Below, piece after piece: positions 17,676-26,589 of a stretch of DNA of 64,000 bases (its first letter is position 1; every line of letters begins with the position of its first letter). The translations under genes and the position numbers were made by a program. The notes beneath the pieces are model-generated. The model saw nothing but the letters and a program-made list of their open reading frames with translations. It made no database searches and was not told the origin of the DNA. The stretch is from Candidatus Bathyarchaeia archaeon (GTDB taxonomy: Archaea; Thermoproteota; Bathyarchaeia; 40CM-2-53-6; DTGE01). The stretch is taken from positions 16,812-80,811 of the forward strand of contig JAWCKG010000005.1 in the NCBI GenBank assembly GCA_038852285.1, given 5' to 3'.

Positions 17676-18899
17676 ATGGTGGCGGAGCCTTGGATTGGGC
17701 CTAAGTGGATTTCGAGTCGATGGAACTTCGATGAAGCAGTGTTGAAGGAAATGAGCTTGCCGAGCAAGGTTCAGATATATGATGTTACGTGTAGGGATGG
17801 TGAGCAGCGGCCCGGGGTTGTGTTTCGGAGAGAGGATAAGGTTAAGATTGCTCGGAAACTGGATGAGGTGGGCATTCATCGAATCGAGGCTGGGATGCCC
17901 GCTGTTTCGGAGGACGACTTTGAGGCGGTGAGGGAGATCGCTCACCTTGGGTTAAGCGCCAAGGTTTTGGCCTTCAGCAGGGCGAGGAGGGATGACGTTG
18001 ACTTGGCCTTGAAATGCGATGTGGACGGCGTGTTGATAGAGGTTCCCTCCAGCGACGCGCTGATAGAGCTGGGATTCGACTGGACGAAGAATAGAGTTTT
18101 GGAGGCCGCTGTGGACAGCACGGGATACGCTAAGAAGCACGGCCTGTATGTGGCCTTTTTCCCCTACGACACGACGAGGGCTGACCCCGTTTATGAGAGG
18201 AAGTTGATGACATCGGTGGTGGAGGAGTCTCACGTCGACTCGATGGCGGTGGTGGACACGTTTGGCTGCGCTTCGCCCCAGGGCATGGCTCGACTCGTGA
18301 GGACTGTGAAGAGCTGGATAAACGTCCCATTGGAGGTTCACTGTCATAACGACCTTGGCTTGGCGACCGCCAACTCCTTAGCGGCTGTGACCGCTGGCGC
18401 TGAGGTAGTTCACACCAACGTTAACGGAATCGGGGAGAGAGCCGGGGGCGCCGCAACTGAGGAGGTTGTGGTTGGCCTCCGCGTTTTATATGGAGTAGAC
18501 CTGGGAATCCGATACGAGAATCTGGTGGAGTTGTCGAAGCTTGTGGAGGAGCTGAGCCAAGTTAAGGTTCCCTCCCATAAGCCGGTTGTAGGTGACACGG
18601 CCTTCGGCTATGAGGCTGGCATACCCGTGATGTTCTGCCGCAGGTTGAAGAAAATCGATCGGTTAGAGGTGGCTTTGAGCTATCTTCCGGAGTTTGTGGG
18701 GAACAAGCTGTACATCGCGTTCGGTAAGAAAAGCGGTAGACATGGCGTAGAGTGGCGTTTGGAGGAGATGGGGTTGAAGGCTTCGGATGAGCAGGTCGGC
18801 GAAATTCTGGCTGAAGTTAAAAGCCTAGGCATCGAGAAGAGAAGAGCCCTAACCGATAAAGAAGTAGACCAAATAATAAAAAAGCACGTTAAATCTTAA
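17676..18899 (+). CDS. DRE-TIM acyl-CoA condensing enzyme (homocitrate/isopropylmalate/Re-citrate synthase family), no regulatory domain
   Basis: 'DVTCRDGEQ', 'EAGMP', 'HCHNDLGLATAN', 'NGIGERAG', 'GKKSGRH'. Confidence 0.85.
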   Translation: MVAEPWIGPKWISSRWNFDEAVLKEMSLPSKVQIYDVTCRDGEQRPGVVFRREDKVKIARKLDEVGIHRIEAGMPAVSEDDFEAVREIAHLGLSAKVLAFSRARRDDVDLALKCDVDGVLIEVPSSDALIELGFDWTKNRVLEAAVDSTGYAKKHGLYVAFFPYDTTRADPVYERKLMTSVVEESHVDSMAVVDTFGCASPQGMARLVRTVKSWINVPLEVHCHNDLGLATANSLAAVTAGAEVVHTNVNGIGERAGGAATEEVVVGLRVLYGVDLGIRYENLVELSKLVEELSQVKVPSHKPVVGDTAFGYEAGIPVMFCRRLKKIDRLEVALSYLPEFVGNKLYIAFGKKSGRHGVEWRLEEMGLKASDEQVGEILAEVKSLGIEKRRALTDKEVDQIIKKHVKS

Positions 18900-19004
18900 A
18901 ACGTTTAAGCCTCAAAACTTCAAATCCCAGTCACCTCTAATTTCTTTAACCTTAACTGTAACGATACCGTTTAAACGGCGAGGACGCTGAGGAGGGGCTG
19001 AAGG

Positions 19005-20402
19005 TTGAGCGACATAATCGCGCAGCTGGACCTTTTTTTTAAGGCGAAGTCTGTGGCGGTCATCGGCGCCTCCTCTACGAGGGGAAAAATTGGATACGAG
19101 GTTTTGAAAAGCCTGTGCAAAGGCGAATATAAGGGGAAGGTTTACCCGGTCACCCTCGGTAAAAAGAGGATTCTAGGCCTCAAATGCTACCGGAGCATTT
19201 TAGAGATTCCGGGGAAGGTTGAGTTGGCGGTCGTCATTGTGCCGTCTAAAAAAATATTATCCGTTCTCAAGGAGTGTGGAAACGTTGGGGTGAGGAACGT
19301 CGTCATCATTTCAGCTGGGTTCAAGGAGATGGGCGGTGAATTCGCACAAATAGAGCAGGAGGTGAAGAAGCTGGCTAAAGAGTATTCGATGAGGATTATC
19401 GGCCCCAACTGCATAGGCGTCTACGATTCCGAGACCAAACTGGATACCTTCTTTCAGCCCAGGGTGAGGATGCTCCGCCCTCCGCCCGGAGGCGTTGCGA
19501 TAATGAGTCAGAGCGGGGCCTACGGCCTTACGCTTTTGGAGTGGATTGCTGAAAGCCGCTTCGGCGTCAGCAAGTTTGTCAGCTACGGGAACAGGGTTGA
19601 CGTCGACGAGGCGGACTTGATTAGATACTTTAAGGCGGATGAAAAGACGAAGATAATCGCGATATACGTTGAGGGCGTTGAAAATGGAAGGAAGTTCCTT
19701 GAAGCGGCTAAGGAAACCTCAAAAGAGAAGCCCATACTGGTTTTAAAGGCGGGCAAGACGGGTTTAGGCTCGGAGGGCGCATTAACGCACACAGGCTCGC
19801 TGGCAGGCTCATACGAGGTGTATAAGGCGGCCTTCAAACAGGCAAACCTCATAGAGGCGGAAACCCTCGCAGAGCTGTTCGACATGATGAAGGCGTTGGC
19901 CATGCAACCTCCCGCCGAGGGTAGAAACATAGCCATGACCTCCAACGGAATGGGCCCATGCATAGCGGCCATGGACATCTGCGAGCGGAGAAACCTCACC
20001 GTGGGAGAATACGGCGAGGAGACGGTGAATAGGCTGAAGGAGAGGCTTCCACCTTACTGCGTGGTCGGTAGGGTTGTAGACCTTTCAGGAAGCGCCACCT
20101 CGAAGGATTATGAGGCAACGCTTGAAGCCTTCTTAGAGGATGAGAAGGTCAGCCTCTTGATGCCCTTCTTCATTTTCCAAGACGCCCCCTTGGACGAGGG
20201 CATCATCGAAGTCCTGAGGAAGGTTCGGAAAAAGGCCTCGGAGCTTCAGAAACCAATCATATGCGGGGCGAGTGGAGGACCATACACTAGAAAACAGGTA
20301 AAAGAGGTTGAGCTAATAGGCATACCCGTTTACGAAACGCCTGAAAGAGCCGTCTCAGCGGCCCACGCCCTGATAAAAGCTGGAGAAATACTAAAGCGGT
20401 AA
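19005..20402 (+). CDS. acdA: ADP-forming acyl-CoA synthetase alpha subunit
   Basis: 'VAVIGAS', 'IIGPNCIG', 'SQSGA', 'SYGNRVDVDE', and the phospho-His motif 'THTGSLAG'. Confidence 0.92.
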   Translation: MSDIIAQLDLFFKAKSVAVIGASSTRGKIGYEVLKSLCKGEYKGKVYPVTLGKKRILGLKCYRSILEIPGKVELAVVIVPSKKILSVLKECGNVGVRNVVIISAGFKEMGGEFAQIEQEVKKLAKEYSMRIIGPNCIGVYDSETKLDTFFQPRVRMLRPPPGGVAIMSQSGAYGLTLLEWIAESRFGVSKFVSYGNRVDVDEADLIRYFKADEKTKIIAIYVEGVENGRKFLEAAKETSKEKPILVLKAGKTGLGSEGALTHTGSLAGSYEVYKAAFKQANLIEAETLAELFDMMKALAMQPPAEGRNIAMTSNGMGPCIAAMDICERRNLTVGEYGEETVNRLKERLPPYCVVGRVVDLSGSATSKDYEATLEAFLEDEKVSLLMPFFIFQDAPLDEGIIEVLRKVRKKASELQKPIICGASGGPYTRKQVKEVELIGIPVYETPERAVSAAHALIKAGEILKR

Positions 20403-20517
20403 GAATAAATAAAATTCAACCTACGTCAAGTAAAACGGCCCTTCGCGACCAGAGTTCGGATGCCTGAAAACTTATATTTAGCATCCTCAACTGATAGGAA
20501 GGTTCCGGTGAAGGTGG

Positions 20518-21186
20518 ATGAAGATTATCGATCTCTCTGTGCCCGTTACCCCTAGGCTGGAGGTGCCAAGCTATAAAGGAGTTAAACTCTTTGAGTGGCG
20601 GACACCTTACGCGACTTGGGATAAAGACGGATACATCTCCACCAAGTTCACGGCGTGGTCTCATGTAGGCACTCACGCGGATTCGCCCCACCACTTCGTT
20701 AAAGATGGACAAAGCATAGATCAGATACCTCTAGAAGTTTTCGTCGGCGACGCCATCATGTTAGATTTAACTCAAAAAACCCATGGAAGAATAACGGCCT
20801 CGGAGCTGGAGGAAGCTTTCAGAAGGGTTGAGTCCAAAGGCGTAAAGTATAGGCCAGGATGGAAGATGCTTCTACGAACCGACCACATAAAAGTATGGCC
20901 TAACACCGAGTACTGGACTGAAGGACCCTCTCTAAGCAGGGAGGCAGCGGAGTGGATCGTCTCCAAGAAACCTTCATGCGCCGGATTCGACTTCTTCCAA
21001 GACATCAAAGGACCTAAGGAAAAGGCCTCCCACCACACAAGATAATTCTAGGAGCGGACATCTGCCAACTAGAATACTTAACAAACCTTGACCAAATAAA
21101 AAAGACCAGTTTACGCTCGTCGCCTTACCATTAAAGATCACGGGAGCGAAGCCGCATTAGCTCGCGTAATAGCCATTATAGATTAG
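20518..21186 (+). pseudogene. Cyclase/kynurenine formamidase-family gene with three frameshifts near the 3' end
   Basis: 'HVGTHADSPHHF' motif. The conserved C-terminus continues in shifted frames: HKIILGADICQLEYLTNLDQI / FTLVALPLKITGA / EAALARVIAIID* (TAG 21184-21186). Confidence 0.8.
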
Positions 21187-21190
21187 AATA

Positions 21191-21406
21191 ACGCCCTTAA
21201 CTGAGAATGTTGTTGCCCCGTATGTGCGGTTTTCAGGCTGTGTTAGCGGCCTTTTTGACGCTACTAGGGCAGGTGGAAATGTGTAGCTAAGCCCTAAAAG
21301 ATTGCAACTCGACGAAAAGACTTAACCAGCCAAGGCTTATAGCAGATGCATTCATAAAGCATCAACCAACATAAGCCAACCAGCCACAAAACTCAGTTAA
21401 GAGCGT
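21191..21406. mobile_element. MITE-like non-autonomous element, 216 bp
   Basis: Terminal inverted repeats ACGCCCTTAACTGAG (21191-21205) and CTCAGTTAAGAGCGT (21392-21406) match at 14/15. No long internal ORF. Confidence 0.6.
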
Positions 21407-21606
21407 GATTATAAGGAAGATGATGGGTAGCATAGGTTTAAGAGATTTTCCTTGATCCTTCCCGCCTCCGTTACATACGAATGTATTACTTTTTGCTTCT
21501 AAGGGCTGGGGTAAGGCTACCCTATTTTCATCTTGGCGGGCTATATGACTTATTGTTTAAACCTTTACTTATAAAATTATTAATTTTTAAAATATTAGAT
21601 AGTTGC

Positions 21607-22692
21607 CTAGCGTTTTATCCTCGCTGTTCCGCCCGCCGCCACGTATTTAACCTCCTCTAATGTTACTTGGGAGGTGTCTCCTCTAGTTGATTGAAGAAGG
21701 GCCCCATGCGCTGCTCCGAACTCGACAGTTTCCCGAGGCGTTAAACCTCTAAGAAAACCGTAGATTAATCCACTGGTGAACCCGTCTCCTCCCCCTACTC
21801 TATCCTCTATTTCCAAGTTTTCATACCGCCTAGACTCATAGAATTCCCGGCCATAGTATAAGATAGCGCTCCAATTGTTCAGTAAACCCGATACAACCTC
21901 TCTTAGGGTTGTTCCTATCACTTGGACGTGGGGGTATGTTTGGACGACTTCACTAACCATTCTCTTGTAGCTTTCCACTTCAAGCTTACGGTATGCCTCA
22001 TCGACGCCTTTCACCTTAAAGCCTAGAACCTTCTCGAAGTCCTCTTCGTTTCCGATCAAAACATCGACGTACTCTACTAGTCCCTTAGTGGTTTTCTGCG
22101 CTTGCTCGCTGGACCAAAGTTTGGATCTGAAGTTTAGGTCGTAGCTTGTGACGACACCGGCTTTATGAGCTTCCTCTAAGGCTTCCTTCGCGACTTCAGC
22201 GCATGTTTCGGAGAGGGCTGTGAAAATCCCTCCTGTGTGGAACCATCTCACCCCATCGGAAAAAATTTTTTTCCAGTTCACTTCCCCAGGCTTCATGTGG
22301 GATGCGGCGCTGTGACCCCTATCATAGAGAGTTACGCTTGCCCTAACACCTGTGCCCACCTCAGTAAAGTTCAGTCCAATGCGATCCCTTTTCCCGACTC
22401 CATCGTAAGGTACCCAAACAACGTTGGACACATCCACCCCGGCGGCTCTCGCGTGGTTCCTTATCAAATATCCTAACGGGTTTTCCACCAGCCGACCTAC
22501 CCAGCCAGTTCTTAACCCAAGCCTAGACCCCGCGTACGCCACGTTATACTCCCCTCCTCCAACCCAAACCTCCAGCGTAGAAGCGAACTCCAGCCTCCCA
22601 TGGCCGGGCGGTGACAGCCTTATCATGCACTCGCCTAGGGTGAGCAAGTCTAACCTGCATTCTTCTTCTCCCTTAATCTTCAAACTACTCAT
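21607..22692 (-). CDS. kdgK: PfkB-family sugar kinase, 2-keto-3-deoxygluconate kinase-like
   Basis: 'LGECMIRLSP', 'GGGEYNVA', 'SYDLNFRSKLW', 'GNEED', 'DRVGGGDGF'. Confidence 0.8.
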   Translation of the reverse strand: MSSLKIKGEEECRLDLLTLGECMIRLSPPGHGRLEFASTLEVWVGGGEYNVAYAGSRLGLRTGWVGRLVENPLGYLIRNHARAAGVDVSNVVWVPYDGVGKRDRIGLNFTEVGTGVRASVTLYDRGHSAASHMKPGEVNWKKIFSDGVRWFHTGGIFTALSETCAEVAKEALEEAHKAGVVTSYDLNFRSKLWSSEQAQKTTKGLVEYVDVLIGNEEDFEKVLGFKVKGVDEAYRKLEVESYKRMVSEVVQTYPHVQVIGTTLREVVSGLLNNWSAILYYGREFYESRRYENLEIEDRVGGGDGFTSGLIYGFLRGLTPRETVEFGAAHGALLQSTRGDTSQVTLEEVKYVAAGGTARIKR

Positions 22693-22854
22693 ATCGATTT
22701 TACCTCCATCCCCTCCATAACATCACAACGGTTTATGATGAATGCAGTTGTTGAAGAATAACTTTTCTCCCTAATCTCTAAGGGATGCTGTTAAGACAAG
22801 CCGGCTTCCAGCTAAGCCCTTATTTTCATCAGCACCCTTTCTTATTTGACTCTT

Positions 22855-23949
22855 TCATGGGATCAAGGCGGCTTTTCCTACTTCCCGTTTCTCCATCGCG
22901 TTAATAGCTTTGTTTACTTCTTCAAGTTTGAACTTATTGGAGATGATCTTATCGAAGGGATACTTGTCGACATGGCGTTCCAGGAACCTTAACGCTTTGA
23001 GCAGGTTTACGTGACGCACGGCCGCCGCCTTCCCACCGTACAGCTTCATTCTCTTTAACGTGATTCGAGTTGGGTTTATGGACACTGACCCGGCTTCCGA
23101 GGCGGTTCCGATCAGCAAGTATCGGCTGGGATCCCTACCCATCTCTAAGCCTTCAGCTATAACCGATGGGGATCCAGTGCACTCCAATATGAGGTCTGGT
23201 CCGAACCCATCGGTTAACTCCTTAACCCTCTTCACCCTTTCCTCAGGCGTTCCATACTCTTTCAAGTCTATGATGTGATCTGCTCCGAATTCTAAGGCTT
23301 GCCTTATCCTGAAGTCCGATTGCTCGACGACGATCACCTTGTAGGCGCCCATCTCCTTGGCTAACGCGACGCCGTATAGGCCGAGGGCCCCCGCGCCCTG
23401 AATCAACACGTTGTCGGCGATATTGACTTTCACGGTTTCCAAGCCCTCGATCATGGTAATCAACGCGCACGTGGCAGGCGACACCACCTCATCGGAAAGC
23501 GTGTCCGGAACCTTAAAAATCGGCGTTCCAGGGCTTAAATAGATGTATTCAGCGTAGGTTCCGTTCAAATGAGGAGGATCCCTGCACGAAGCGTATCCAT
23601 AGTATTTTCTGTTTAGACATCCCTGAGGGTCCTGTCTCACCACACAGTAATAGCATTTCCCACAGGCGATTACATGGCTGAATATGACACGGTCCCCCTC
23701 CGTTAGGGGGTTGCCAGCAGCGTCGGAGGTTAACCCCTCTCCCAGCCTGTAAACTCGCCCAACGCCTTCATGCCCCAATATCGAAGGATAGGATACCGCT
23801 CTCCTCCCCCGGTAGATGTGAAGATCTGTGCCGCATACGCTAGCCATCTCCACACTAAGCAAAACCGCTCCCCTCTCAACCTCTGGCATAGGGAAGGTTC
23901 GGATTTCAAATGGTTTTTCAGGACCCGTTAAAACCGCAGCCTTAACCAT
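22855..23949 (-). CDS. Zinc-dependent (MDR) alcohol dehydrogenase
   Basis: 'VCGTDLH', 'GHEGVG', 'CGKCYYC...C', 'QGAGALG'. Confidence 0.92.
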   Translation of the reverse strand: MVKAAVLTGPEKPFEIRTFPMPEVERGAVLLSVEMASVCGTDLHIYRGRRAVSYPSILGHEGVGRVYRLGEGLTSDAAGNPLTEGDRVIFSHVIACGKCYYCVVRQDPQGCLNRKYYGYASCRDPPHLNGTYAEYIYLSPGTPIFKVPDTLSDEVVSPATCALITMIEGLETVKVNIADNVLIQGAGALGLYGVALAKEMGAYKVIVVEQSDFRIRQALEFGADHIIDLKEYGTPEERVKRVKELTDGFGPDLILECTGSPSVIAEGLEMGRDPSRYLLIGTASEAGSVSINPTRITLKRMKLYGGKAAAVRHVNLLKALRFLERHVDKYPFDKIISNKFKLEEVNKAINAMEKREVGKAALIP

Positions 23950-24064
23950 TCAATCAACCTCCCTAGAATACCTAAAACCCCACGTATTTAATTCTAATCT
24001 TTAGGAGGCGGGGCCATTACAAACCTTATATGGGTTAAATCAGTAGATAAGGAGGTGATCTCCT

Positions 24065-25417
24065 ATGAAGACTGTGAAAATATTGAAGACGCCTCCTGGG
24101 GTCTTGGCCAAGCAGGTCATCGATAAGGTGAAAAAGTTTGAAATGCCGATCACGGGGGTGATGTTCCACGCTGAGTCCGATTGGCCCATTGTCTTTGCCG
24201 AGGGTAAAGGCGCGGTCCTAGTAGATTTAGAAGGAAACGAGTACATAGACTTTAACGGCGGGTTTGGAAGCGCCTCCACAGGGTATTGCCACCCAAAGGT
24301 GGTTCAGCGCGTTAAGGAGCAGGTTGAGAAGCTCACAATGGCTGGGGGGAGGCTTCTCCACCCGGTTAGGGCTGAGCTCGCCGAGAGGATCGCGCGGATT
24401 TCGCCGGGGGGGTTGGAGAAAAAGGTGTTGATCGCGAACACGGGAACTGAGGCGGTGGAGATCGCCATCAAGCTTTCCCACGCCTCTTCTGGGAAGCCTG
24501 AAATCATCGCCTTCCAAGGCGGCTTCCACGGCCGTTTCCACGGGGCCATGGCTTTATCCAGCAATCGAACGGTGAAGAAAGGATACTATCCATGGATGCC
24601 TGGTGTGATTCACGTACCATACGCCGAATGCTTTAGATGCGTGTTCGGAAAGGAATATCCAGAGTGCGACCTTCAATGCCTCAAATACGTTGAGCACGTG
24701 ATCTCGGATCCAGGCTCAGGGGCCTCCGACATCGCGGCGGTGTTCGCGGAGCCCATTCAAGGCTTCGAAGGCTTCGCTGTCGTTCCCCCCGACGAGTTCA
24801 TGGCTACGCTGAGAAAGATCTGCGACGAAAACAACGTGCTCCTCGTAGCCGACGAAGTATACACGGGCTTCGGCAGAACAGGGAAATGGTTCGCCTGCCA
24901 GCATCAAAACGTGGTGCCCGACATCATTACTAGCGGGAAGGGCGCCGCCAGCGGACTGCCCTTCAGCTGCGTCATCGCGCTCGACCACGTCGTCGAAAGG
25001 CTGAACCAGAAGGGCGTGGTCCACAGCGCCACATTCTTAGCCAACCCCATCAGCTGCGCCGCTGCCATCGGAACCTTAAACGCCATAGAGGAGGAAAAAC
25101 TGCTGGAACACTGCGTCAAGGCAGGCGACACTTTGCTGAAGGGCTTAAAAGACTGGTTTGAGGATAATGGGTTTAAGGGTGAAGTCAGGGGAAGAGGCCT
25201 GTTCCTAGGAGTGGAGTTCGTTGAAAACCTCAAGACCAAAAAGCCTGACAGAGAGCTGCCCGCCAAAATCTCAAAGGAATCCATCAAACGAGGCCTATTC
25301 GTCGAAGTGGGTGGCCGGTACCGAAATTGTCTAAGAATCACCCCACCCCTTGTCATAACGATGGATCAAATCCATGAATCTCTAGAAATACTGGAGGAAG
25401 CGGCGAAAACCACCTAA
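24065..25417 (+). CDS. Class III PLP aminotransferase (GabT-like)
   Basis: 'NTGTEAVE', 'FHGR', 'EPIQG', 'ADEVYTGFGRTG', 'DIITSGK'. GGAGGTGA RBS. Confidence 0.92.
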   Translation: MKTVKILKTPPGVLAKQVIDKVKKFEMPITGVMFHAESDWPIVFAEGKGAVLVDLEGNEYIDFNGGFGSASTGYCHPKVVQRVKEQVEKLTMAGGRLLHPVRAELAERIARISPGGLEKKVLIANTGTEAVEIAIKLSHASSGKPEIIAFQGGFHGRFHGAMALSSNRTVKKGYYPWMPGVIHVPYAECFRCVFGKEYPECDLQCLKYVEHVISDPGSGASDIAAVFAEPIQGFEGFAVVPPDEFMATLRKICDENNVLLVADEVYTGFGRTGKWFACQHQNVVPDIITSGKGAASGLPFSCVIALDHVVERLNQKGVVHSATFLANPISCAAAIGTLNAIEEEKLLEHCVKAGDTLLKGLKDWFEDNGFKGEVRGRGLFLGVEFVENLKTKKPDRELPAKISKESIKRGLFVEVGGRYRNCLRITPPLVITMDQIHESLEILEEAAKTT

Positions 25418-25446
25418 CTCAACCCTGAGGGCCTTAACCTGAGCTT

Positions 25447-26490
25447 TCACAACACTTCTGGGATTACATGCTCCACGTATAAACGCAGGTTTAGCTCCAT
25501 TTTTTCCGGAGGCACTGTAAAAGCGAAGATAAAATGCCGGACCCCTGCTTCAACGTACTCTCTTACGCGTTTAAGGCAGTCGCTTGGCGTCCCGAATATG
25601 AAACTCTTATTCACCGGCTCGATGGGCAGAGCTCTCGCCGTGTTTAATAGCTCCTGAACTGCTTCGTCATCGTATACCTTTTTAAGGAGGTGGAATTCCG
25701 ACACGTTAAACCCATAGTCTTCAAATACTTCAGGCGTCCAGTACAGGAGGAGGGTTTTAGCCGGCAGCTCGATCATCTCCCTAGCTTTCTCTCTATCCTC
25801 ATCGACGACTGTGTGAACGAACAGCGCGGGCTCTATATCCCCCTCAGATCTCCCACTAGTTTGAGCGTAAGATTGAATCATATCTAACTTTTCCCTGTAT
25901 TGTTTTGGAGGGAAAGCGAACGCTATTGGAATCCAACCGTCAGCCTCAACTCCTGTTATTTTCATCGAGTTGGGTGAGGCGGCCGCCACCCAAATCGGAG
26001 GATGCGGACTCTTAATAGGCTTCGGCCTCAAATATGCTTTTTCAAGCCGATAAAAACGCCCCTTGTAGGTTATTGGATTCCCCGTCCATAAAGCCTTCAT
26101 TATCTGTATTGCTTCCTTCAATCTAGCGATTGGATGATCCCATGAGATTCCGTAAGGCTCTAAGTTGGTGGCTTCGCCGGCTCCAAGGCCAAGTATCGCG
26201 CGACCTCCGCTTAAGTGGTCTAGAGTCGTCACGGCCTGAGCCAACACCGCTGGATGCAACCTATGGGGGTCGCTTACCGCCGTTCCCAACGTCACCTTAC
26301 GCGTTTCAGAGGCAAGGGCGCTCAATACCCCCCAAGTGAAATAAGCCCCCCAGGGCTTCACACCTAAGTCAACCAGGTGATCAACCATCCAAATAGAGCT
26401 TAAACCTAAATCCTCAGCCAGCTTAGCCATCCTAAAAGTCGCTTCTAAGGGATGGTCTGGAATTTTAATTCCAAACTTTACCTCGCTCAT
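25447..26490 (-). CDS. Luciferase-like (LLM) oxidoreductase, probably F420-dependent
   Basis: 'WMVDH', 'HPAVLAQ..TLDHLSGGRAILGLGAGE', 'PHPPIW', 'ADGWI', 'AGVRHF'. Confidence 0.88.
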   Translation of the reverse strand: MSEVKFGIKIPDHPLEATFRMAKLAEDLGLSSIWMVDHLVDLGVKPWGAYFTWGVLSALASETRKVTLGTAVSDPHRLHPAVLAQAVTTLDHLSGGRAILGLGAGEATNLEPYGISWDHPIARLKEAIQIMKALWTGNPITYKGRFYRLEKAYLRPKPIKSPHPPIWVAAASPNSMKITGVEADGWIPIAFAFPPKQYREKLDMIQSYAQTSGRSEGDIEPALFVHTVVDEDREKAREMIELPAKTLLLYWTPEVFEDYGFNVSEFHLLKKVYDDEAVQELLNTARALPIEPVNKSFIFGTPSDCLKRVREYVEAGVRHFIFAFTVPPEKMELNLRLYVEHVIPEVL

Positions 26491-26589
26491 TCAACTCACT
26501 CCTCCTGCTTTAGACCATGCTCATAAAAAATATATTTCATTAAAAAGTTATTCAAGCTCACCTAATCTACTGGGGAGAGGTGGCTTACA

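Noticed and set aside
22735..22800. C/D-box sRNA starting at ATGATGA
   Set aside because: No properly spaced CTGA D or D' boxes.
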